Source: Gaiellaceae bacterium (GTDB taxonomy: Bacteria; Actinomycetota; Thermoleophilia; Gaiellales; Gaiellaceae). From it: DNA of 51,120 bases. Position numbers and translations under genes: made by a program. The notes beneath the pieces were generated by a model. That model ran no database searches. It had not been told where the DNA came from and saw only the letters and a list, made by a program, of their open reading frames with translations. Of this stretch, positions 1 to 8,785 are shown piece after piece. Numbering within the stretch: the stretch's first letter is position 1; each line of letters starts with the position of its first letter. The stretch lies in the NCBI GenBank assembly GCA_036520235.1, contig DATDKA010000150.1, positions 1-51,120 of the forward strand, read 5' to 3'.

Positions 1-687
1 CTGCGGGACGTAGCCGTCCAGGAACTGCTGGCGCGCCTCCTCGTTCCCCTGGCTCTTGATCCGCCAGATGAACATCGGGTCCTCGTCCCGCGGGATCGGG
101 TTGCCGTGGAACTGCATCAGCGGGCCCCACCAGCGGTCGAGCGCCTCCTGGACGAGCTCGCGCTGCTCGTCCGTGCCGTTCATCATCGTCAGGATCACGT
201 CTCGGCCGTGGAGGATGTGGAACGACTCCTCCCAGCAGATCTTCTTCATGATCCGCGCGTACGGCGCGTACGAGCACTTGAGGAGCGCCTTCTGGCTGAT
301 GATCGCGGCGGCGACGACGAGCCACGCGATCACGCCGACGTCGCCCCAGGTCTTCGTCGGGTAGTGGAAGACGTTGTGAAACTTGCTCTTGCCCGAGACC
401 AGGTCCTCGAGGCAGGCCTCGCGCGGCTTGCCCAGGTCCTCGACGACGCGGTAGATCAGCTGCGCGTGCCCGACCTCGTCCTGCACCTTCGCGGTCAGCG
501 CGAGCTTCCGCTGCAGCGTAGGCGCGCGGAGGATCCACTCGCGCTCCGGGAGGACGCCCATCAGCTCGGAGTTCCCGTGCATCTCGATGAACTTCACGAG
601 CTTGGCGCGGTACTCGCCCGGCATCGGATCGTTGGTCTCGACCTGGCCGCCGCCCTGCACGTACTCGAGGAATTGCTCGTCGGTCAT
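1..687 (-). CDS. paaA: 1,2-phenylacetyl-CoA epoxidase subunit A (PaaA), 5' part; the 3' end runs off the window
   Basis: Absent from the ORF track because there is no stop in the window. Reverse-strand translation from ATG 687 reads MTDEQFLEYVQGGGQVETNDPMPGEYRAKLVKFIEMHGNSELMG...QDEVGHAQLIYR...CWEESFHILHG, with di-iron ferritin-like E..H motifs. An AGGAGG SD lies upstream. The frame stays open to base 1. Confidence 0.9.
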   Translation of the reverse strand, partial: MTDEQFLEYVQGGGQVETNDPMPGEYRAKLVKFIEMHGNSELMGVLPEREWILRAPTLQRKLALTAKVQDEVGHAQLIYRVVEDLGKPREACLEDLVSGKSKFHNVFHYPTKTWGDVGVIAWLVVAAAIISQKALLKCSYAPYARIMKKICWEESFHILHGRDVILTMMNGTDEQRELVQEALDRWWGPLMQFHGNPIPRDEDPMFIWRIKSQGNEEARQQFLDGYVPQ

Positions 688-700
688 GCGCCCTCCTGAA

Positions 701-714
701 CGAACGATCGTTAG
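701..714. promoter_or_regulatory. Palindromic operator candidate (CGAACGATCGTTAG; perfect core AACGATCGTT at 703-712)
   Basis: It sits in the 26-bp gap between the divergent paaA (ATG 687) and TetR (GTG 714) starts. It fits the pseudopalindrome CNAACGNNCGTTNG that I recall being reported for Thermus PaaR. Confidence 0.45.
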
Positions 715-1304
715 TGTCTAAGCGTACCGTGTCCACGAGGCGAACGGAGCTAACCCGAGTGGCTGCCCGGCTTTTCGCCGAGCGGGGCTACCACGGCACC
801 TCGATCGGCGACCTTGCGAAGGCGCTCGGCGTGCAGAAAGGCTCGCTCTACGCACACATCGAGTCGAAGCAGGACCTCCTGTACGAGGCCATGCGCGAGG
901 GCGCGGAGGCGTTCCATGCGGCGCTCGACACTGTTCCCGACGATCTGCCCGCCGGCGAGCGCATCCGGCTTGCACTCCGCGCGCACCTGCGGGTCGTCGC
1001 CGAGCAACTGGACGTCGCGACCGTCTTCGTGCGCGAGTGGCGCTACCTCGAGGGCGACCGCGCGGCCGAGTTCCTCGCCGAGCGGCGCCGGTACGAGGAG
1101 CGATTCCGCGCGTTCTTCCGCGAGGGTCGCGACCGGGGCGAGCTGCGCAGCGACCTCGACGACCAGGCTGCGGCGCTCCTCGTGCTCTCGGCGGCGAATT
1201 GGGCCTACACCTGGCTCCCGGCCGGCGCGGACACCGACGAGCTCGCGGATCGCTTCTACGCGATTCTCGCCGACGGCATCCGCGGTTACGCGACGCCGCG
1301 GTAG
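714..1304 (+). CDS. TetR-family transcriptional repressor, PaaR-like by context
   Basis: N-terminal HTH RTELTRVAARLFAERGYHGTSIGDLAKALGVQKGSLYAHIESKQDLL. 196 aa, divergent from paaA. Confidence 0.85.
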   Translation: MSKRTVSTRRTELTRVAARLFAERGYHGTSIGDLAKALGVQKGSLYAHIESKQDLLYEAMREGAEAFHAALDTVPDDLPAGERIRLALRAHLRVVAEQLDVATVFVREWRYLEGDRAAEFLAERRRYEERFRAFFREGRDRGELRSDLDDQAAALLVLSAANWAYTWLPAGADTDELADRFYAILADGIRGYATPR

Positions 1305-1327
1305 ACCGCCCGCCTCCGCGCGCAAAC

Positions 1328-1468
1328 GCCAAGACGAGCCAGTGCACCGGCGGGTCCGCCTACCAGGGCGACCAGGACACGGATCCGACGAACAACCCGG
1401 GCTGCGATTCAAACGTGGCAGCAGCGTCCTCGCGGAACCTGGTGAGGACCGCGGAAGTGCAGGTGTTC
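1328..1468 (+). pseudogene. 3'-terminal remnant of a paralogue of the downstream M36 protease gene
   Basis: The frame reads AKTSQCTGGSAYQGDQDTDPTNNPGCDSNVAAASSRNLVRTAEVQVF. M36 residues encoded at 4990-5130 read AKTSQCTGGPAFQGEQDADPGNSTDCDSAVPAGSTRSFVRAAEFQAF. About 30 of 47 residues are identical by hand alignment, and nucleotide similarity is obvious. No upstream body of the gene is present. Confidence 0.6.
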
Positions 1469-1574
1469 GGGCGAAGGGCCGGCACACGCCGGCCCGCGAG
1501 ATTTGCGCAGAATTCCACCGTTGCTTTTTCAGATGAATTCAAGGCGATAACTGCAACGAGTTCGGCCTTATCGC

Positions 1575-1603
1575 TTGACATTCCCGGATAGCCCTTTCAA
1601 GAT
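1575..1603 (+). promoter_or_regulatory. Sigma-70-like promoter candidate for the protease gene (TTGACA-17 nt-CAAGAT)
   Basis: TTGACA at 1575-1580, a 17-nt spacer, and CAAGAT at 1598-1603. It lies in the only clearly lower-GC stretch upstream of 1660. The SD GGAGGGGAGGG precedes the ATG. Confidence 0.35.
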
Positions 1604-1614
1604 CTTCGCCGCGT

Positions 1615-1629
1615 CCTCGCATTGCGAGG
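1615..1629. promoter_or_regulatory. 15-bp perfect palindrome CCTCGCA-T-TGCGAGG in the protease 5' leader
   Basis: Read directly. It lies between the candidate -10 and the SD of the M36 gene. It could be an operator or a small RNA hairpin. Confidence 0.3.
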
Positions 1630-1659
1630 GCTTGTTGCTGTTTTCCGGAGGGGAGGGCT

Positions 1660-4600
1660 ATGCGACTCAGGTTCCTGGGGGCTGCCATCACGGCTGCCCT
1701 CGGCGTGATCCTCATGCCTGGCGCAGCGTTGTCGGTCGCCAACATCCAGGAGAGCTCCACGGATGTTGCCGACTTCGACAGCCGCGTCGGCACGGTCGCG
1801 CCGACGAAGCTCCAGCGCTTCGCCGCGAAGCGTCTCAAGGCGAAGGTGATCTGGGGCCAGTTCGGAACACCGGCCTCGGTCTCGAAACGAGGCAAGTTCC
1901 TGGCACGAGGCATCCGCGGCAAGACCGCCGCCGATGCCGCGGCCTGGTACGTCAAGCGCCACAAGGCGCTCTTCGGCATCAACTCCATGGCCGGCCTGCG
2001 CTTCGAGGGCGCAAACCGGCTCGGCACGAGCAACGGGTGGGCGATCAATTACCGCCAGGTGTTCGGCGGCCTCGCTGCGAGCGAGAGCGGCCTGGTCACG
2101 GTGGGCGTCACCGGCTCGAGGGCGCGCGGCTGGAAGGTCGCGTACGTCTCGTCGTCCCTGACGCGTGACCACGCGCTGTCCGGGAGCGTGAAGCTCTCGG
2201 CGGCGAGCGCCTGGAGCGCAGCTGCCCGCACCGCGGGCCTCACCCGCTCCGTCGCCAACATCCTCGCCCGCAAGCAGGCTCGCGGGTGGACGAACTTCAC
2301 CGTCGCGGGCGTCCAGGGCACGCAGCTGTCCAGGCTCGTGGCGTTCCCGACGGTGCGGAACGGCGTCCTGGCCGCCTACGAGAACATCGTGCTCGATCTC
2401 AAGACGGCGAACCCGCGCGCGGCGCGCGTCTTCGTGGACGCGCAGTCGGGCCGGGTCCTCGCTCGGTCGAACCTGGTGCAGAACCTGTCCCAGGGGAAGA
2501 TCAAGCTGCAGGCCGCCGAGTCGTTCAGCTACAGCGGCGAGCCCGCCGCGACGGACGGCGCCTGTAACACGCACGGGCCGTTCGCGATCGGGGCGGGCAA
2601 CCGCGCGCTCGACGGCTTCGCGGCCGCGACGATCCCGACCAACGACCTCGTCCTCGAGCTCGTGAGGGGCGGGACCGTGCTCGTGCACGCCGACACGCTG
2701 TTCTCGCCGGAGCAGTTCCACTACGAGCCGGCGGGCGGCGTTCCGGCCGGCGACTACTTCATCAACGTGTGCGACTTCGACAACGCCGGGACGCCCGCCG
2801 ATCCCAACGAGCCGTGGGCCGCCCCGCGCACCTACACGGGCACGCTGACCGGCGACGCCTCGCCGGCGCCTCCGGCGTACCTCGCGAAGTGGAAGGTGTT
2901 CCCGGACGTCCCGCTGCTGTACACGGTGGATCAGGATCCGTGGAACCTGCCGTCGACCGATACGCGGCAGACGTGGTGCTGGGTCATGGCTCCCGGTTGT
3001 GACCGGCTGGCGGGCGGCGTGCTGACGTCACGCGGTCCGTGGGACCACGATCACAAGCTGAACACGCCGACGCTGACCACTCGTGGCAACAACGCGAAGT
3101 CGGCGACGTCGTGGGCGAACGACACGGTCCCGAGCCCGCCCCAGTTCATGCCGACGAGTACGACGCGTGACTACTCGTTCCCGTGGACGAACTCGTGGGC
3201 GAACGACGACTGCGAGCCGACCCCGAACGGGCCTCCGGGCGCGACGTGGGACGACTCGGCCGCGACCGTCAACCTGTTCGTGGCGCACAACCGCGTGCAC
3301 GACTTCGCGTATAACCTCGGGTTCACGGAGCGGAACTGGAACGGTCAGGACTACAACTTCGGCCTGACCGAGCGGCGCCAGGAGAACGACCCTGTCGTCG
3401 GTGACGTCCAGTCCGGCGCTCTCACGACCACCCGGGACAACGCGAACATGATCACGCTGCCCGACGGCGCGTCCTCGATCACGAACATGTACTTCTGGCA
3501 GCCGCTCGCGGCCTCCTTCTACGCCCCGTGCGTGGACGGCGACTACGACACGGGCGTGATCGGCCACGAGTACGGCCACATGATCGAGAACCGGATGATC
3601 GGCAAGGGCAACACTCGCAGCGGTCATCACGCAGGCGCCATGGGCGAGAGCTTCGGCGACCTGAACGGGATGGAGTACGTGAACGAGAACGGCTTCGCCC
3701 CGGTCAGCGGAGAGAACCGCTACGCCGTCGGCGTCTACGACACCGGCAACAGGCTGCGCGCGATCCGGAACTACGGGATGAACTACCCGATGTCGGGTGG
3801 CGTCCCCGAGCCGGGCAAGCAGCTGCTCGTGAACGCGTTGAACTTCAGCGATCTGGGCTACGACGTCACCGGCCCGACCGCGACGTCCTCGCAACAGGTG
3901 CATGCGAACGGCGAGATCTGGAGCGCGACGAACTTCCGGATCCGCCAGCTCCTGGTGGACAAGTACAACAACCGCTACCCGTACGACGACAAGGCGTTGC
4001 AGACGGAGTGCGCAGATGGGTTCCTATCTGCGACCAGGTGTCCGGGGAACCGGCGCTGGTTCCAGCTCTACTACGACGCCATGCTCCTGATGCCGCCGAA
4101 CACGAGCATGCTGCAGGCTCGCGACGCGATCCTCGCCGCGGACTTGATGCGCTTCGGCGGTGCGAACCAGGACGAGATCTGGCTCGGGTTCGCACGGAGC
4201 GGGTACGGCAGCGGGGCCACCAGCTCGAACAGCGGGCTGGCCGAGACCGACACTGATCCGGTGCCGGACTTCGCGTCCCCGAACGAGGACAACGCGACGG
4301 TGAAGTTCGTCGCGCAGGGCCTCGACGGCACGGCCGTGAAGGCACGGATCTTCGTCGGACACTACGAGGCGAGGGTCTCGCCGATCGCGGACACCGATCC
4401 GGCCACCCCGGCCGCCGGTACCCCGGCCAGCGTGATCAACCTCGACGACACGGCGCAGTTCGCGCCGGGAACGTACGAGCTCCTCGCCCAGGCACCTGGG
4501 TACGGGTTCCTCCGCTTCCGGGAGCGCTTCCGCTCCGCTCACGACGAGACGATCCGGATCCGGATGCCGTTGAACCTGGCCTCGTCGGCTTCCGGGGCCG

Positions 4601-5187
4601 TCGCATCCGGGGACGGCGGAACCACTCAGCCGAACCTGATCGACGACACGGAGCGCACGCAATGGACGGCTCCGGGCATCGTGACGTCCGGGAACCTGAC
4701 GGTCGACGGCCTCAAGGTGACGATCGACCTCGCAGGGACCGACCCGGTCAAGGTGAAGTACGTCCAGGCGAGCGCAATGCTGGCGGCCACGCAAAACCGC
4801 TTCACGGCCCTCAGGCAGTTCGAGGTCTGGGCGTGCAGGGCGAACTGCTCGACCGACGCGGGCTACACGCGGATCTACACGAGCCCGGCGAACGCCTTCC
4901 CCGGCGATCCGCCGCGCCCCGTTGCTCCGCACATGATCCTGCGGAAGTTCAACATCCCTGACACGAAGGCCACCCACCTCAGGTTCGTCGCGAAGACGAG
5001 CCAGTGCACGGGCGGTCCGGCGTTCCAGGGCGAGCAGGACGCGGATCCGGGCAATTCGACCGACTGCGACTCCGCGGTTCCGGCCGGGAGCACTCGCTCC
5101 TTCGTTCGGGCGGCGGAGTTCCAGGCATTCACGGACAAGGGACGCGTCTCCGGCCACGGAGGCGACCACCACCACGGCCACCACTAG
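1660..5187 (+). CDS. Secreted M36 (fungalysin-type) zinc metalloprotease with discoidin-like C-terminal domains and a His-rich tail
   Basis: Signal peptide MRLRFLGAAITAALGVILMPGAALSVA. Fungalysin-like DNANMITLPDGASSITNMYFWQP. HEXXH in GVIGHEYGHMIENR, with downstream GAMGESFGD. The C-terminus ends GHGGDHHHGHH. Confidence 0.85.
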   Translation: MRLRFLGAAITAALGVILMPGAALSVANIQESSTDVADFDSRVGTVAPTKLQRFAAKRLKAKVIWGQFGTPASVSKRGKFLARGIRGKTAADAAAWYVKRHKALFGINSMAGLRFEGANRLGTSNGWAINYRQVFGGLAASESGLVTVGVTGSRARGWKVAYVSSSLTRDHALSGSVKLSAASAWSAAARTAGLTRSVANILARKQARGWTNFTVAGVQGTQLSRLVAFPTVRNGVLAAYENIVLDLKTANPRAARVFVDAQSGRVLARSNLVQNLSQGKIKLQAAESFSYSGEPAATDGACNTHGPFAIGAGNRALDGFAAATIPTNDLVLELVRGGTVLVHADTLFSPEQFHYEPAGGVPAGDYFINVCDFDNAGTPADPNEPWAAPRTYTGTLTGDASPAPPAYLAKWKVFPDVPLLYTVDQDPWNLPSTDTRQTWCWVMAPGCDRLAGGVLTSRGPWDHDHKLNTPTLTTRGNNAKSATSWANDTVPSPPQFMPTSTTRDYSFPWTNSWANDDCEPTPNGPPGATWDDSAATVNLFVAHNRVHDFAYNLGFTERNWNGQDYNFGLTERRQENDPVVGDVQSGALTTTRDNANMITLPDGASSITNMYFWQPLAASFYAPCVDGDYDTGVIGHEYGHMIENRMIGKGNTRSGHHAGAMGESFGDLNGMEYVNENGFAPVSGENRYAVGVYDTGNRLRAIRNYGMNYPMSGGVPEPGKQLLVNALNFSDLGYDVTGPTATSSQQVHANGEIWSATNFRIRQLLVDKYNNRYPYDDKALQTECADGFLSATRCPGNRRWFQLYYDAMLLMPPNTSMLQARDAILAADLMRFGGANQDEIWLGFARSGYGSGATSSNSGLAETDTDPVPDFASPNEDNATVKFVAQGLDGTAVKARIFVGHYEARVSPIADTDPATPAAGTPASVINLDDTAQFAPGTYELLAQAPGYGFLRFRERFRSAHDETIRIRMPLNLASSASGAVASGDGGTTQPNLIDDTERTQWTAPGIVTSGNLTVDGLKVTIDLAGTDPVKVKYVQASAMLAATQNRFTALRQFEVWACRANCSTDAGYTRIYTSPANAFPGDPPRPVAPHMILRKFNIPDTKATHLRFVAKTSQCTGGPAFQGEQDADPGNSTDCDSAVPAGSTRSFVRAAEFQAFTDKGRVSGHGGDHHHGHH

Positions 5188-5205
5188 GCGATCGTCCTAA
5201 ACGCG

Positions 5206-5238
5206 ACGAGAGGGGCCGGGAGACCGGCCCCTCTCTCG
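5206..5238. terminator. Bidirectional GC-rich hairpin between convergent genes
   Basis: GAGAGGGGCCGG (5208-5219), loop GAGA, CCGGCCCCTCTC (5224-5235). This is a 12-bp perfect stem between the M36 stop and the VOC gene stop. Confidence 0.7.
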
Positions 5239-5239
5239 T

Positions 5240-5566
5240 TCAGCGGTAGACGATCGCCTCGAGCAGTCGGCCGTCCGGATCCTCGAAGAAGACGCCGACG
5301 GCGATCTCGTGGTCGCGCTCCGCCCACTCGATTCCGGCCTCGTCGAGGCGGCGCTTCAGCTCCTTCTGCTCCTCCGCGGTCATGCGAATGCCGGTGTGGT
5401 CCCCGGGCCCGCCGCGGTCGTGGAACGCGAACCCTGTGTTCCCGACGTAGGCCATCACGGGGTGGCCCTCGTGCTTCTCGACGCGCGCGCCGAAGAGCTG
5501 CTCGTAGAAGGCTGCCGTCTGGTCGGGATCGCGCGTCTCGACTGCCACATGGTCGATGCGTGGCAT
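5240..5566 (-). CDS. VOC/glyoxalase-family protein (108 aa)
   Basis: MPRIDHVAVETRDPDQTAAFYEQLFGARVE...GVFFEDPDGRLLEAIVYR. The longer track ORF (to 6400) is a high-GC shadow extension. Confidence 0.8.
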   Translation of the reverse strand: MPRIDHVAVETRDPDQTAAFYEQLFGARVEKHEGHPVMAYVGNTGFAFHDRGGPGDHTGIRMTAEEQKELKRRLDEAGIEWAERDHEIAVGVFFEDPDGRLLEAIVYR

Positions 5567-5578
5567 GGTCTGGGCACG

Positions 5579-6445
5579 ATGCCGCGGGCGCTTCTGATCG
5601 TCAATCCGCAGGCGAGCGCCGTCACGCCGCAGAGGGCTGCCGGGGTCGCCGCGGAGCTCGGAGACGTGGAGGTGGTCTGGACCGAGCGTCCAGGTCATGC
5701 GACTGAGCTGGCACGGGAAGCGGACGCGGACGCAGTGCTCGTTTTCTCCGGCGACGGCGGGTTCAACGAGGTGCTGAACGGTGTCCGGCCGGGCCTGCCG
5801 GTGGGCTTCGTGCCCGGTGGCGGCTCGAGCGTCCTGCCGCGGGCGCTTGGGCTTCCCCGCGATCCGGTCGCCGCCGCCGTTCGGTTGGCGGCGGCACTGG
5901 CCGAGGGCCGGACGCGGACGATCTCGATCGGCCGGGTGAATGGGCGCGGCTTCGGCTTCGCGGCGGCGCTCGGCTTTCCCGCCGAGGTCGTCCGCCGCGT
6001 CGACGAGCTCGGCCGCCGCAATGGGCGCCGGCCGCCGGACCGCTCCTTCGCGCTGACGATCGCCCGGGAGCTGCTCGAGCGGCGCGGCCGCATCGAGCCG
6101 GAGCTCGAAGTGGACGGCGAACCGGCGTCGTTCGCACTCGTCGCGAACGGCGATCCCTACACCTACTTCACGCGGCTCCCGCTCCACTTCGCGCCCGAGG
6201 CCGACTTCGCCGGCGGCCTGGAGGTCGTTGCGCCGAGGAACGTGCGGCCGGCTGCGATCCCCCGCCTGTTCCTTGCGGCGGCGATCGGGCGCCGAGCCGG
6301 CGGTGTCCTCTACCGCCACGACGTCGACCGGGTCGTGGTCTCGAGCGTGCAGGCCGTTCCGCTCCAGGTGGACGGCGAGGATCTCGGCGACGTCGACCAC
6401 GCCGTGTTCGAGGCGGCGCGCGACGCACTGACGGTTTTGACATGA
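5579..6445 (+). CDS. Diacylglycerol-kinase-catalytic-domain lipid kinase (YegS/DagK-like)
   Basis: MPRALLIVNPQASAV...VLVFSGDGGFNEVLNG...VPGGGSSVLPRALG. Start chosen at ATG 5579; an in-frame ATG at 5549 is also possible. Confidence 0.8.
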   Translation: MPRALLIVNPQASAVTPQRAAGVAAELGDVEVVWTERPGHATELAREADADAVLVFSGDGGFNEVLNGVRPGLPVGFVPGGGSSVLPRALGLPRDPVAAAVRLAAALAEGRTRTISIGRVNGRGFGFAAALGFPAEVVRRVDELGRRNGRRPPDRSFALTIARELLERRGRIEPELEVDGEPASFALVANGDPYTYFTRLPLHFAPEADFAGGLEVVAPRNVRPAAIPRLFLAAAIGRRAGGVLYRHDVDRVVVSSVQAVPLQVDGEDLGDVDHAVFEAARDALTVLT

Positions 6446-6465
6446 CTGTCGTCTAAAGGGACGAC

Positions 6466-7311
6466 GTGGCGTCTCGACTCCTCACGCCGATCGTCCTGCT
6501 TCTGCTCCTCGGCGTGGTCGTGGTCGCCAGCTCGGCCGACCTCGGCGGGGAGTCGCTGGACGCGAGGGAGGCAACCGGCGCGCTTGCGACGCTGCTCTTC
6601 GCGCTCGGCGCTGTCTGGGTGGCCGGCCTGCTCGTCGCCTCGCCGCTCGCCACCGGGCTGACCGCGCGGGCGGAGGCCACCGAGCCGCGGCGCTGGTCGC
6701 ACACGATCGCCGTGATCCTGATCGTCTTCGCCATCCTTTTCATGCTGAGCGGCGCCGGCCGGCTCGGGGACCGCGGCCCCAACCGCGTGAACCCCGCGTC
6801 ACCGACCGGCGAGCAGGTCCCGCAGGGGCGAGGCCCGGGCCGGTACTTGCCGACGCCGCCGATCGACTGGGTCGTCGTCCTCGCGGTCTTCGGTGTCGCC
6901 TTCGTCGGCTTCGCGGCCGCGGCCCGCATGGTCGTCCAGTCGAACAAGGCCGTCCGGCGGGAGGTCGAGGCGCGCGAGGCTCTTGCCGCGATCCTCGACG
7001 ACACCCTGGACGACCTCAGGGCCGAGCCGGACCCGCGGAAGGCGGTGATCGCCTGCTACTCCAGGATGGAGCGATCGCTGGCGTCGTACGGCCTGCCGCG
7101 CCGGCCGTTCGAGGCGCCGGACGAGTACCTCGGCCGCGTGCTCGAGGAGCTGCAGTCCGGATCGCCGTCGGCGCGCCGACTGACGCGGCTCTTCGAGCGC
7201 GCGAAGTTCAGCGAGCACTCGATCGACGCCTCGATGAAGGAGGAGGCGATCGAGGCGGTCTCCGAGCTGCGGGACGAGTTGACCGCCGAGCTGGTGGCGG
7301 TGAACCAGTGA
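6466..7311 (+). CDS. Membrane protein with a C-terminal DUF4129-like domain
   Basis: Several hydrophobic helices, then AVIACYSRMERSLASYGLPRRPFEAPDEYLGRVL...LTRLFERAKFSEHSI, the typical DUF4129 signature. First gene of the MoxR operon. Confidence 0.75.
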   Translation: MASRLLTPIVLLLLLGVVVVASSADLGGESLDAREATGALATLLFALGAVWVAGLLVASPLATGLTARAEATEPRRWSHTIAVILIVFAILFMLSGAGRLGDRGPNRVNPASPTGEQVPQGRGPGRYLPTPPIDWVVVLAVFGVAFVGFAAAARMVVQSNKAVRREVEAREALAAILDDTLDDLRAEPDPRKAVIACYSRMERSLASYGLPRRPFEAPDEYLGRVLEELQSGSPSARRLTRLFERAKFSEHSIDASMKEEAIEAVSELRDELTAELVAVNQ

Positions 7312-7811
7312 GGCTCGTCTGGAGCATCGTCATCCTCGCCGTGCTCGGAGCTCTCGTGCTCGTCGCCGCCCTGACGGTCTCGCCGGAGTCCGCGGGCGGG
7401 GCGCTCGACGTGTTCTTCCTCTACCTCGGCGGGCTGACGCTCCTCGGGCTGGTCGTCTTCACCGGGCGCCGCGGCGGGGAGGCGCCGGCGCACTCGCCGT
7501 TCGAGGAGGCGAGGCGGCCGGTGCGGCCGGCGCCAGGCCCGCTGCCGGAGCTGGAGCGCATCACGAGGGCGCTCTCACTCGGCACGCAAAGCGCATTCGA
7601 CTACCACTTCCGCCTCCAGCCGCTGCTGCGGGAGATCACCGAGACGCGGCTGGCAGCGCGCGGCCGGCGGCTCGAGGACGCAGAGCGGATGCTCGGCTCC
7701 GACGCGTGGGAGCTCGTCCGGCCACTCAGTGGTCTGCCCGAGAACCGCCACGGGCCGGGCGCCGACCCGGACGCCGTCCGCCGTCTCGTCGAGGGGCTTG
7801 AGAAAATCTAG
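7308..7811 (+). CDS. Hypothetical membrane-anchored protein
   Basis: GTG 7308 overlaps the upstream stop (GTGA). There are two N-terminal hydrophobic helices (MRLVWSIVILAVLGALVLVAALTV..., VFFLYLGGLTLLGLVVF). No recognisable domain. Confidence 0.6.
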   Translation: MRLVWSIVILAVLGALVLVAALTVSPESAGGALDVFFLYLGGLTLLGLVVFTGRRGGEAPAHSPFEEARRPVRPAPGPLPELERITRALSLGTQSAFDYHFRLQPLLREITETRLAARGRRLEDAERMLGSDAWELVRPLSGLPENRHGPGADPDAVRRLVEGLEKI

Positions 7812-7813
7812 GG

Positions 7814-8785
7814 ATGGATGCGACCACCTTCGCCGAGCGCTGCGACACGATCGTCCGTGAGGTCGAGCGTGCCGTCGTGGGGAAGCGCGACGCGCTCCAG
7901 CTCGCGCTGCTCGGGCTGCTCGCTGACGGCCACGTCCTGATCGAGGACTATCCAGGCCTTGCGAAGACGCTGATGGCGCGCTCGTTCGCCCGCGTGACGA
8001 GCATGGAGTTTGCGCGGGTGCAGTTCACGCCCGACCTGATGCCGTCCGACGTCACGGGCTCCTCGATCTTCAACCAGCGGGAGTCGGAGTTCGAGTTCCG
8101 GCCGGGCCCGATCTTCACGAACCTTCTCCTCGCGGACGAGATCAACCGCGCGCCGCCGAAGACGCAGGCGGCGCTGCTCGAGGCGATGCAGGAGCGGCAG
8201 GTGACGATCGAAGGGACGACGCGGCGGCTCGAGCCGCCCTTCCTCGTGATCGCGACGCAGAACCCGATCGAGTACGAGGGCACGTACCCGCTGCCCGAGG
8301 CCCAGCTGGACCGCTTCCTCCTGCGCATCGGCGTCGGCTACCCCGACCGAGCCGGGGAGTGGGAGATGGTCGAGCGGCGGATCGAGCGGCAGGCGGAGGA
8401 GGTCGAGCTCGAAACGGTCGCCGACCGCGGCGCGCTGCTCGAGCTCCAGGCCGCGCTCGAGCAGGTTCACGTCGCGGAGAGCGTCGGCTACTACATGGTC
8501 GACCTCGTCGCCGCGACGCGCAGCGCGCCGGCGGTACAGGTCGGATCGAGCCCGCGCGGAACGCTCGCGCTGCTGAAGCTCTCCCGCGGCCGGGCGCTGC
8601 TCGAGGGCCGCGACTTCGTGACGCCTGACGACGTGAAGAGCGTGGCGGTGCCGGCGCTCGCGCACCGCCTGATGCTGCGCCCCGAGCTGTGGGTGCAGCG
8701 CATGAGCCCGGACAAGGTGGTCGAGGACGTGCTCGAGCGCGTCCCGACGCCGGCGGCCGAGGACCTGCAACCCGTCCGGGATTGA
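7814..8785 (+). CDS. moxR: MoxR-family AAA+ ATPase
   Basis: LLADGHVLIEDYPGLAKTLMARSFA (Walker A variant), LLADEINRAPPKTQAALLEAMQERQVTIEG, FLVIATQNPIEYEGTYPLPEAQLDRF. Confidence 0.93.
   Translation: MDATTFAERCDTIVREVERAVVGKRDALQLALLGLLADGHVLIEDYPGLAKTLMARSFARVTSMEFARVQFTPDLMPSDVTGSSIFNQRESEFEFRPGPIFTNLLLADEINRAPPKTQAALLEAMQERQVTIEGTTRRLEPPFLVIATQNPIEYEGTYPLPEAQLDRFLLRIGVGYPDRAGEWEMVERRIERQAEEVELETVADRGALLELQAALEQVHVAESVGYYMVDLVAATRSAPAVQVGSSPRGTLALLKLSRGRALLEGRDFVTPDDVKSVAVPALAHRLMLRPELWVQRMSPDKVVEDVLERVPTPAAEDLQPVRD

Noticed and set aside
106-699. 197-aa + strand ORF covering the first 700 bp
   Set aside because: It is an antisense shadow of paaA. The reverse frame gives an unmistakable PaaA sequence with SD and ATG at 687. 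The + ORF is Arg/Leu/Ala-rich with no recognisable motif.
5567-5578. 12-bp gap between the divergent VOC and lipid-kinase starts as a shared regulatory site
   Set aside because: There is no palindrome or TANNNT hexamer at a sensible distance (only CATGGT/CATCGT). The kinase start itself is ambiguous (5549 versus 5579).
6448-6465. Small hairpin GTCGTC-TAAAGGG-GACGAC after the lipid-kinase stop as a terminator
   Set aside because: Only a 6-bp stem with no U-tract, directly abutting the next start codon. Too weak to call.
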